IMG/VR virus record: IMGVR_UViG_3300032219_001928
Span: 1 to 30,328 of that record
Source of the DNA: a virus
Taxonomy: Duplodnaviria; Caudoviricetes
Length of the DNA: 30,328 nt
Reading direction: 5' to 3' (one strand)
The position numbers and the translations under genes are program-made. Each line of letters starts with the position of its first letter. Positions within the stretch are counted from its first letter, which is position 1. The notes beneath the pieces were generated by a model. That model saw only the letters and a list, made by a program, of their open reading frames with translations. It was not told the origin of the DNA and searched no databases. Below, one piece after another: positions 23,236-30,328 of this stretch.

Positions 23236-24404
23236 TGGTCAAGCTCTCCCTATTCGCCACAGCGACCGCATCCCGCGTCGATGCCGAGAATGGCATCATC
23301 CGTGGCGTCCGAGTGATCACCAAGGGTGAATGCCGGGGTCATTCCTTCCTCGGTGAGCCGATGATCGTGGATGATCAGACCATCGAGGAGGTAGTCACCG
23401 CCGCAATGACATTCAAGGATGGGGTGCCGGTCAAGCTGGCTCATGGTACCGACATCGAGGAGCTGGTCGGCTCGATCAGGGACATCGTGGCGGACGGCGA
23501 CTGCGCCCGCGGGGATCTTTACCTCCTCAAAAGCCACGAATCTTTCGCCACCATTATCGAGATGGCCGAGACCATGCCGAGCAATTTTGGCATTTCGATT
23601 TCTTTCATGAACGCGCCGGAGCCGGTCAAGGGTTCCGACATGGAGCCGGACGGCGACGAGGATGATGCTGATGAATCCCTCCGCAATCTTGTCGGCGACG
23701 ACATCGTGGCCTACGCCGCCCGTGTCTGTGAGCTTTACAGCGCGGATCTCGTTGCCAATCCCGCAACCGGCGATGGAAACGGCCTTTTTTCCCAACCTAT
23801 GAGTGACACCACCACCCCTGAAGCTCCCGCCGAGGAGATCCCCGTCGAGACCGCCCCCGAGGTGGTCGTTGAACCCGTAGCCGAAGCCGCTCACGCCGAG
23901 CTTTCCGAAGAGATTGCCACCGAGGTGGTTGAGGAAAAGGCCGAGGAAAAGTCCGAGGAATCCGCCCCCGAGGTGGTTGCCGAGCCTGAAGCTGAAGTGG
24001 TCGAAGAGAAAGTTGAGGAGAAAGTGGAGGAGAAAGCCGAGATCCCGGCTCCTGCCGAGCTTTCCCGCTCCTGGAATGCCGTCTCGACCGACCTTGCCGC
24101 GACTCGCACCGAGCTTTCAAAGGTTCAGACCGAGCTTTCCCAAGTCCAGACCGACCTCGCCGCCGCACGTGGTGAGATCGCCACCAAGGATGCCCAGCTG
24201 GTCGAGCTGAACATGCTGCACCGCAGCGTCCTCTCCGTCATGGGACTTTCCGCTTCCATCGAGATCCCCGAGATCGTCGAGGAGGCCCCGGCCATGAGCA
24301 TCATCGAGAAATACGAGTCGATGCCTGCCGGAGCCGAGCGTCTTTCATTCTTTCAAGCCAACCGGCGCGAGATCGAGCGATCCATCGCCGCCAAGCTGAA
24401 ATAA
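23235..24404 (+). CDS. Prohead protease fused to scaffold
   Basis: GVRVIT.GE.RGH, VKLAH, FGISI, SADLVANPA protease-like domain; Glu-rich repeats and a coiled coil at the C-terminus. Confidence 0.8.
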   Translation: MVKLSLFATATASRVDAENGIIRGVRVITKGECRGHSFLGEPMIVDDQTIEEVVTAAMTFKDGVPVKLAHGTDIEELVGSIRDIVADGDCARGDLYLLKSHESFATIIEMAETMPSNFGISISFMNAPEPVKGSDMEPDGDEDDADESLRNLVGDDIVAYAARVCELYSADLVANPATGDGNGLFSQPMSDTTTPEAPAEEIPVETAPEVVVEPVAEAAHAELSEEIATEVVEEKAEEKSEESAPEVVAEPEAEVVEEKVEEKVEEKAEIPAPAELSRSWNAVSTDLAATRTELSKVQTELSQVQTDLAAARGEIATKDAQLVELNMLHRSVLSVMGLSASIEIPEIVEEAPAMSIIEKYESMPAGAERLSFFQANRREIERSIAAKLK

Positions 24405-24443
24405 CCCGAGTCAGAAGACTCACAACAACCCAACCAAACCAAA

Positions 24444-25355
24444 ATGCCTAACAGCTATTCCTCAGCACTGGTCGTTGATACCGCCACACAGGCGGCAGTG
24501 ACCGTGCTTCAGTCCAAGTTGGCTGCCCTCAAGGCTTTCAACACGGATTTCTCCAGCGATGTCGTCGCCAACGCCGGTCGCCGCACCATTCAGGTCGGTG
24601 TCGTCGGTAACGCTGCCGCCGCCCAGACCAATCCTACCTCCTTCGAGGCTCAGGGTGACACCGTGACGGCAGCCGCTGTCTCGATGAACCACTACAGCGC
24701 CACCTTCGGCCTCACCAGCGACCAGCTCAATAAGGGATTCAAGCTCGAGAAGGTCATGGCCGCCAACCTCCGTGCGCTGGCCAACTCCATCATCGATGCG
24801 GCTCTGACCCCGCTTTCCACCTCCGCTTACGGCACTGCCGCCTACAACACGGCGATCAGCACCGCGACGGGTGGCCAGCTCGGCAACACCCTCATCACCG
24901 CAGGTCTCCCTGCCCTGTATGCCGCCCTCAAGGACGGCAGCAGCAAGAACCTCGTCCTGGACGGAAGCTACATCGCGTATCTCCTGCCCCAGACCGGCTA
25001 CTCCATCAACTGGGGTGAGCAGGGTGCCTTTGGGTTCGACGGCGTGTTCATCAACAACCGTTGGACCGGTGTCACCGGTGGCAGCGATGCGCTCCTCAAC
25101 GGAACCACGAAGACCATCAAGGGCTTTGCGGCTTCGCCCGAGGCTCTCGCAATGGCTTCTGCCCTGCCCTACATCGATCCCGCCGTCGCTGGTCTCCTCC
25201 AGCAGAGCGAGGTCATCGAGATCCCTGATCTCGGACTGTCGGTACAGATGAACGTTTGGGGATCGCTCTCCAGCCGTTCGCTCTACGGCAGCTTCGACGT
25301 GATCTTCGGCTCTGCAAAGGCTGACGGTTCCGCTCTGAAGTTTATCACCGCGTAA
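24444..25355 (+). CDS. Major capsid protein (HK97 fold)
   Basis: 303 aa after the scaffold, strongly biased codons, followed by a strong terminator. Confidence 0.85.
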   Translation: MPNSYSSALVVDTATQAAVTVLQSKLAALKAFNTDFSSDVVANAGRRTIQVGVVGNAAAAQTNPTSFEAQGDTVTAAAVSMNHYSATFGLTSDQLNKGFKLEKVMAANLRALANSIIDAALTPLSTSAYGTAAYNTAISTATGGQLGNTLITAGLPALYAALKDGSSKNLVLDGSYIAYLLPQTGYSINWGEQGAFGFDGVFINNRWTGVTGGSDALLNGTTKTIKGFAASPEALAMASALPYIDPAVAGLLQQSEVIEIPDLGLSVQMNVWGSLSSRSLYGSFDVIFGSAKADGSALKFITA

Positions 25356-25378
25356 TCTCCCGACTAGGTAGTTCAAGC

Positions 25379-25422
25379 AAAGGCCGTCCCCCACGCACGA
25401 GGGACGGCCTTTCGCTTTCTTT
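25379..25422 (+). terminator. Intrinsic terminator after the capsid gene
   Basis: 12-bp stem AAAGGCCGTCCC/GGGACGGCCTTT, 10-nt loop, T-rich tail. Confidence 0.85.
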
Positions 25423-25426
25423 GACA
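25420..25426 (+). promoter_or_regulatory. TTTGACA late-gene motif, 15 nt before ATG 25442
   Basis: Immediately after the terminator. Confidence 0.75.
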
Positions 25427-25441
25427 GAGGTCACTCTGGAT

Positions 25442-25771
25442 ATGGCCCTGTCCCGTTCCGCAATCGCCGCCTTCCACGCAAAGGGGCTTTCCAGCATTGC
25501 CGATGCTCTCGGCACTCAGGTCACCATTTCTGGCAAGACCTTCTTTGCCCATGTGTCGACCCCGAAGCCGACCATGAGCCTGGAGATGGGTGGCTTCAAC
25601 ACCGACAAGGCGATCACGCTGCGCTGGCCGGTGGGTCGCGCCCCCCGTCCCTCGGTCGGCACGGCAGTCCTGCTGGTGGCTGAGAATCTTACCTTCAGGA
25701 TCGAGACCGCCACGTCGCTCACCGGCTCCCCGCTCGGCAACGAGATTATCTGCACCGCCATCCGCGAATAA
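25442..25771 (+). CDS. Head-tail adaptor (gpFII-like)
   Basis: Start ATG 25442; ..G..VTISGKTF...LEMGGF...P.VG..V.....FRI pattern; position after the MCP. Confidence 0.65.
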   Translation: MALSRSAIAAFHAKGLSSIADALGTQVTISGKTFFAHVSTPKPTMSLEMGGFNTDKAITLRWPVGRAPRPSVGTAVLLVAENLTFRIETATSLTGSPLGNEIICTAIRE

Positions 25772-26178
25772 TGAACCCGCTCTCCGTTGAATCCTCCATC
25801 AAGTCGGCCCTTGCCGCCTCGGCTTTCCCGACCACGACCATTTACACTGGAACGGATTACGAGGAGCTGACCCCGGAGACCCTGAATCTCATCGTGGCGG
25901 TTGGCCAGCTCGATCACGCCGCCGGTGGCCTCTACAAGGCACAGGTGACCATCAAAGTGGTCTCTCCTGCCCTGCTTGGGGCTTCCTCGAAGTCGGAAAT
26001 GGTGACCGCGCTCAACAGCGTCCGCACCGCGCTGGAGTCCTCCTACCTTTCGGCCAACTGGCCTACCGCCTCCGGCACCCCGACTTTTGGAGGCGTCTGG
26101 ATCGTGGGAACCAAGACCAGCCAGGACAACCACACATGGGTTGCCGAAGTGGATGCCGTCCTCGGCGTCTCGGAGTGA
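25771..26178 (+). CDS. Tail completion/terminator-like protein
   Basis: 135 aa, TAATG-coupled, upstream of the tube-like genes. Confidence 0.55.
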   Translation: MNPLSVESSIKSALAASAFPTTTIYTGTDYEELTPETLNLIVAVGQLDHAAGGLYKAQVTIKVVSPALLGASSKSEMVTALNSVRTALESSYLSANWPTASGTPTFGGVWIVGTKTSQDNHTWVAEVDAVLGVSE

Positions 26179-26185
26179 TTTGACA
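26179..26185 (+). promoter_or_regulatory. TTTGACA late-gene motif, 14 nt before ATG 26200
   Basis: Repeated motif. Confidence 0.75.
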
Positions 26186-26199
26186 CCACGAATCCTTCT

Positions 26200-26295
26200 A
26201 TGAGCGACGAGAAAAAGCCCAACCCCTTGATCCTCGAAAAGGATGTCGTGGCACCCGCCCCGGCTCCTGCTCCATCCCCATCCCCTTCCAAATAA
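26200..26295 (+). CDS. 31-aa Pro-rich peptide (MSDEKKPNPLILEKDVVAPAPAPAPSPSPSK)
   Basis: Translated by hand; preceded by the motif; stop 1 nt before the next ATG. Confidence 0.55.
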   Translation: MSDEKKPNPLILEKDVVAPAPAPAPSPSPSK

Positions 26296-26296
26296 T

Positions 26297-26632
26297 ATGG
26301 CCGCAACCATTGGCGTCTCTTCCACTTTCCAAGCCCTCGTCACACCCGGCACAGGGACTGTGATCAACGAGGTCACCACCGATGAGAGCAAGGAGGTCAA
26401 GACGATCAAAAGCTCCTCTGGCGTCACCGCCCAGGTGGGAGTCCTCCCGATGACCGAGACCAAGATCAGCGTGAAGGGTAAGGGCGCTCCTGCGCTCACG
26501 CTTGCGGTTGCCGGGACCGCTGGAATCGGCACCGCCATCAGCAGCGGCACAGTCGCCATCACCTCGGTCTCCGTGGATGAGAGCAACGAGGATTTTCCCG
26601 ATTTCTCCATCGACGCGATGAAGTGGAGCTAA
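26297..26632 (+). CDS. Tail tube-like protein 1
   Basis: Start ATG 26297 (MAATIGVSS); 111 aa, all-beta pattern; paralogous to the next gene. Confidence 0.6.
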   Translation: MAATIGVSSTFQALVTPGTGTVINEVTTDESKEVKTIKSSSGVTAQVGVLPMTETKISVKGKGAPALTLAVAGTAGIGTAISSGTVAITSVSVDESNEDFPDFSIDAMKWS

Positions 26633-26661
26633 CCAGACCATCCACCAACTGAATCACCACC

Positions 26662-26988
26662 ATGCCTGCCGTCACCGCCTCTCTCGGAATTTCCTCTTTC
26701 ACCTCCGGGGTGATCTCCAAGGTCACCACATCCCGCAAAGTCGAGACCAAGGTCTTGAAAGACTACGCGGGAGCTTTTTCGACCGCCGCAAAGTATGATC
26801 CCACCGGAGAGTTCTCCGTGGATGGTGCTGGCGACTACCCTTCGATCACGCTCGGCGTGGCCAGCTCAAACATCCCTTCGACGATTTCCGGCGGGGTGAT
26901 CGTGATCAACAGCCTTTCGAAGACCGAGAGCGCGGAAGATTTCCAAAAGTGGAGCTACAAGGGCTCCCACTACCCGAACGCCAGCTAG
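26662..26988 (+). CDS. Tail tube-like protein 2
   Basis: 108 aa; shares VI..VTT....E.K..K...G, SV.G.G and G...I.S.S..ES.EDF...S with tube 1. Confidence 0.6.
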   Translation: MPAVTASLGISSFTSGVISKVTTSRKVETKVLKDYAGAFSTAAKYDPTGEFSVDGAGDYPSITLGVASSNIPSTISGGVIVINSLSKTESAEDFQKWSYKGSHYPNAS

Positions 26989-27012
26989 GCGGCTCTCGCC
27001 TGACATTCTGAA

Positions 27013-27465
27013 ATGATCGACACCAACACCAAGGTCAGCGTTTTAGCCGACCACGAGCATCCGCTCAAGTCAGCGAATACCCACCTTGTCGCTGCCGCCG
27101 CCACCTCGGGCGGTGAATTGGCTCCCCAGGGATACCTCGACACCATCGAGCAGGGGCTGGATGGAAAGCCGCGCCGGACAGTGGTCTGGCTCTTGGCCGA
27201 CAAGGAGATCGAGTTTTCGGCCTTTTCGGGGGAAAAAATCAGCACGCAGGAGTTCCTGCGCCGGTGGTTGGATCGCGAGTGGTTGGCGGCCAATCCCGAC
27301 CACCCGATCACCTTCATGCGGTATTACCAGCAGACCCTTGAAAAGCTGCGGGATGCCATCCGGGATCAGACCCCGACGATCAAGGTGACCCGTGGAGGCC
27401 GTGCAGCCTACATCCCTGCCAACGCCACCGAGGAGGAGCGTCAGAAACTCCTAAGCAAACTCTAA
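27013..27465 (+). CDS. Hypothetical protein (tail region)
   Basis: 150 aa ORF in operon order. Confidence 0.65.
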   Translation: MIDTNTKVSVLADHEHPLKSANTHLVAAAATSGGELAPQGYLDTIEQGLDGKPRRTVVWLLADKEIEFSAFSGEKISTQEFLRRWLDREWLAANPDHPITFMRYYQQTLEKLRDAIRDQTPTIKVTRGGRAAYIPANATEEERQKLLSKL

Positions 27466-27469
27466 ATCC

Positions 27470-27889
27470 ATGACACTAGACACTCGACACTCGTCGCTCG
27501 ACCCCTCCGTCGAAACCCTCAACGAAAGGATCTACGCGGAGGAGCCGATCATTGCCGGGGTGAAGGTTCGCCCCTACAGCAACCGGGTCAAGCTGAAGCT
27601 CTCGCGCATCCTGCGATGGCTCGATATTGCCGAGGAAGATCGCAACGAGGAGATCCTCTTTGCTTTCCTATACCTGATTGCGGCCCCGGTGGAGCGTGTC
27701 GCGCTCAACACGCTCAACAAGACCGCCTACATGGTGGACAAGGACGCCTTTCTGGAGGGTCTCACCCCGGCGGATCTCAAGGCCGGCGCGGATTGGTTCG
27801 TCACGGTCACGGGGCTTGAGAAAGAGACGGCGGTTGAGGTCATCCCCAAGCCCTCCTCGGCCCCTTCGGAGAACGCACCCCCAAACTGA
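27470..27889 (+). CDS. Tail assembly chaperone (gpG-like)
   Basis: Upstream of the tape measure; ends ...PPN-stop on a slippery heptamer C CCA AAC (27880-27886). Confidence 0.75.
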   Translation: MTLDTRHSSLDPSVETLNERIYAEEPIIAGVKVRPYSNRVKLKLSRILRWLDIAEEDRNEEILFAFLYLIAAPVERVALNTLNKTAYMVDKDAFLEGLTPADLKAGADWFVTVTGLEKETAVEVIPKPSSAPSENAPPN

Positions 27890-28110
27890 TCGAGCCTCCG
27901 TCTCTTGCCGCGCTGATTTTTACGCTGGCGAAAGAGGGGGGCTTCAGCGAGTCGGATCTGATGGAGATGCCGGTCTACCGGGTGAATGCCTATTATCATG
28001 CCGCGTTGCGCTCGCACGACTGCTGGACGGTAAAGGAATCGGCCCCTGCTGAAGTTCAGATCAGCGATCTGCTGGCCTTTGCGGCGGTTGACATCGAGGC
28101 GGAAGCGTGA
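27880..28110 (+). CDS. -1 frameshift extension (gpT-like) of the tail chaperone
   Basis: The -1 frame is open from the slip site to TGA 28110: PKLIEPPSLAALIFTLAKEGGFSESDLMEMPVYRVNAYYHAAL... Confidence 0.7.
   Translation, partial: PKLIEPPSLAALIFTLAKEGGFSESDLMEMPVYRVNAYYHAALRSHDCWTVKESAPAEVQISDLLAFAAVDIEAEA
28087..28093 (+). promoter_or_regulatory. GTTGACA motif variant, 13 nt before GTG 28107
   Basis: Embedded in the gpT-like frame. Confidence 0.65.
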
Positions 28111-28721
28111 GCAAGACCGGCCTGACCATCGACACGAGCAACTTCAACCGTGCCATCACCGAGATGGCCCGCCTGAGTGGCGTCAAGTTTGAGGATGTGG
28201 TGAAAGCCGAGATCGGCAGCGTGCTGTCGCAGACCATTACCAACACGAAAAAAGCCACCAAGGCATCCATTGATAAATCGATGAGGGTGACCTATGTCGG
28301 CGACAAAAAGTTCGTCAACGCCTCCTGGAGGCTTCCTGACGCGACGTGGCAAAAAGTTCAGCAACGGAGGAAAGAACTCATCCGTCGCATCGGAACGGCC
28401 AAGAAATCATGGTATCTTCTGGCCAAGGAGATGGGCATCCCACTGCCCAAGACGCCCCCGGCGTATGTGGCGGCGGCCAAAGTCAACGGCAAAGAACTCA
28501 CCGAGGAAGTCCGGCACACCAAGAAAACAAGCGGGGCCAAAGTGGGATTTTTCATTGAGAATTTCACTAGGGCGGCAATCCGGGGTGGAGGTCGGGCGGC
28601 GTTGCTGAAGGCAATCAATGGCCGGACGGGATATTTTTACCGGAATGTGAAGAAGGGTGTTTTTAAGAAAGTGGGCACGATTGCGAAGCAGTATCCGGGA
28701 TTCAAGGTCAGGGGCATCTAG
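28107..28721 (+). CDS. Basic neck/tail protein (HK97 gp10-like?)
   Basis: 204 aa, Lys/Arg-rich; LTIDTSNFNRAI...G.AKKSW pattern. Confidence 0.5.
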   Translation: MSKTGLTIDTSNFNRAITEMARLSGVKFEDVVKAEIGSVLSQTITNTKKATKASIDKSMRVTYVGDKKFVNASWRLPDATWQKVQQRRKELIRRIGTAKKSWYLLAKEMGIPLPKTPPAYVAAAKVNGKELTEEVRHTKKTSGAKVGFFIENFTRAAIRGGGRAALLKAINGRTGYFYRNVKKGVFKKVGTIAKQYPGFKVRGI

Positions 28722-28724
28722 TGC

Positions 28725-28731
28725 TTTGACA
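28725..28731 (+). promoter_or_regulatory. TTTGACA late-gene motif, 16 nt before ATG 28748
   Basis: Repeated motif. Confidence 0.75.
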
Positions 28732-28747
28732 TTCCTTTAGAGAGACA

Positions 28748-30253
28748 ATGGCGAATGAATCCCTCCAGGCTAGTTTCGGGCTTGATGTCTCCCCGTTGAC
28801 TCAATCCCTGAAAAGAGCGACTTCCTCGGTCACTGCCGCATCTGGAAAAATGGCATCGGAGGGGTTTGGTCAACTTCTTGGCCCTATTGCTAAGGTCATT
28901 GCTGCAGTCGGATCTATCACGGCAGTTTATGCAGGAATCAAGGGATCTCTCGATCTTGGCAGCGAGATGACCGATCTCTCCAACCGGACGGGCGTGGCCG
29001 TCGAGTCGCTGTATGGGCTCAGGCAAGGATTCAAGGATGCCGGAGTGGATGCTCAGGCTCTTGGCCCTGCCATTAACAAGATGCAGAAAGCCCTCGCCTC
29101 GGCGGCGGGTGGTGGCAAGGAGGCCAATGTCCTCAAGGGGATGGGTCTTGATCCTCAGAGCCTCGCCTCGATGGACAGCGGTCAGGCGTTTGCCCAGATC
29201 GGAACAGCCATTTCCCAGCTTCCAAGCAGCACGGAGCGAGCGGCAGCGGCGATGGCCCTCTTCGGGAAAAATGGGGGCGAGTTGCTTCAGGTCTTCATGG
29301 ACCCGAATTTCAAGGATGCCGGGAACATCTCCAACACGGCTCGTTTGCTTGCACAGAATGCCGGGATCTTTGATAAGGCCAGCGATGCTCTGGGGCATGT
29401 CGGCCCAAAGTTGCAGGGTCTCTTTGTCGGGATCTCAAGCGGGATGACCGGACTCCTAGATTCGCTGGCCAATGGGATCAATTCCGTAGACTTGTCTGGA
29501 ATTGGTCAGTCCATCGGTACTATTGCGGGAAACTTCGCCACCGATTTTTCGGATGAGTGGAGCAAGGTTGTCCAGTTCATTTCCGATTCCATTGGGCTTG
29601 TATTTAGCAAGGAAGGACTTTCCGTCATCCTTGATTCCTTTCTCTATGTCGGTGCCCAGATCAGGGATTTTCTCATTCAGGCGTTCAAGACCCCTCTCGA
29701 TTACATGGAGGCCGGATTGCAGAAGGCCGTTGAGTCAGCAATGGAAATGGTCGGCAAGATCCCCGTGCTTGGCGATAAGGTGGGTCTAAAAGGATTCAAA
29801 GCCAGTTCGTTTGATCAGGTTCTTTCCGAAGTTCAATCACGAGGAAATGGCCTGACCAATCTCAGCGCGGAAGATGCAGGGAACAAAGCCGCTCTTGGAT
29901 CAAGTTTGAAAGACAGGCTCGGCGACATGGCTGAAAAGCTCAAGGAAAGCCTAAAACCCGTGGTCACGGCGACTGACAAGACCAAGGAAGCTAACGCCAA
30001 GGCGACTGCTGAGAATGCCAACCGGCTCACCGGTCAGGGCACCTACAACGCCTCGGACATCGGAATGTCGGCAAAACAGTCAATCATCTCCGATTCCCTT
30101 TCCAAGGTCGGCGGCGGTGGATTTGCGGTCGGTCCCGGAAGCAATCCGATCCTCGAGGAGAACAAGCGTCAGACAGGGCTCCTGCAACAGATCAATCAAG
30201 CACTAAGGCTACCGTCAACGGGTGGCGCAACTTTTGACGGCCTCACCGCTTAA
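28748..30253 (+). CDS. Tape measure protein
   Basis: 501 aa, Ala/Gly/Ser-rich helical; DLSNRTGVAVESL, AAAMALFGKNGGELL and C-terminal DSLSKVGGGG motifs. Confidence 0.9.
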   Translation: MANESLQASFGLDVSPLTQSLKRATSSVTAASGKMASEGFGQLLGPIAKVIAAVGSITAVYAGIKGSLDLGSEMTDLSNRTGVAVESLYGLRQGFKDAGVDAQALGPAINKMQKALASAAGGGKEANVLKGMGLDPQSLASMDSGQAFAQIGTAISQLPSSTERAAAAMALFGKNGGELLQVFMDPNFKDAGNISNTARLLAQNAGIFDKASDALGHVGPKLQGLFVGISSGMTGLLDSLANGINSVDLSGIGQSIGTIAGNFATDFSDEWSKVVQFISDSIGLVFSKEGLSVILDSFLYVGAQIRDFLIQAFKTPLDYMEAGLQKAVESAMEMVGKIPVLGDKVGLKGFKASSFDQVLSEVQSRGNGLTNLSAEDAGNKAALGSSLKDRLGDMAEKLKESLKPVVTATDKTKEANAKATAENANRLTGQGTYNASDIGMSAKQSIISDSLSKVGGGGFAVGPGSNPILEENKRQTGLLQQINQALRLPSTGGATFDGLTA

Positions 30254-30328
30254 CACATCATGTCAGATACAACCGTTTCAAAATCAGCAGTCTGGGATTC
30301 CAAGTTGGGAGGCTTTGTCACGACGACG
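30206..30328. repeat. Terminal direct repeat (copy 2)
   Basis: Identical to 1-123. Confidence 0.97.

Noticed and set aside
23800-24170. Repeats GAGGTGGT/GAGGAGAAAG and ACCGAGCTTTC
   Set aside because: They encode the Glu-rich and coiled-coil scaffold repeats; not a CRISPR array or regulatory array.
24462-26610. 310-aa and 364-aa - strand ORFs
   Set aside because: Antisense shadows of capsid, neck and tube genes, explained by codon bias.

Overview
This window is an apparently complete, circularly permuted temperate tailed-phage genome. Bases 1-123 repeat at 30206-30328, giving a unit length of 30,205 bp. Gene order on + is: distal tail proteins, a Thr/Ser-rich acidic protein coupled to a GT-A glycosyltransferase, tail fibre, lysis cassette (holin-like proteins, u-spanin-like lipoprotein, GH108-type endolysin), metallophosphoesterase, a divergent pair of ribbon-helix-helix regulators, xis-like gene, tyrosine integrase (-), attP carrying the 3' end of a tRNA-Gln, a Shine-Dalgarno/ATGA-coupled early operon, primase, split helicase, candidate ori and packaging region, lambda-like TerS/TerL/portal, protease-scaffold, capsid, neck, two paralogous short tail-tube-like genes, a frameshifting tail chaperone and tape measure. 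The strongest unexplained signal is (T)TTGACA placed 13-17 nt before the start codon of ten late genes and none of the early genes. That spacing is too short for a normal sigma70 -35 box, and the phage encodes a sigma-region-4-like HTH protein that could read it. Other notable items are the candidate virion-glycosylation pair and an attP located between the lytic switch and the replication operon. All product calls come from motif recognition by eye; no database searches were run. A PVC/Verrucomicrobia-like diderm host is only an impression.
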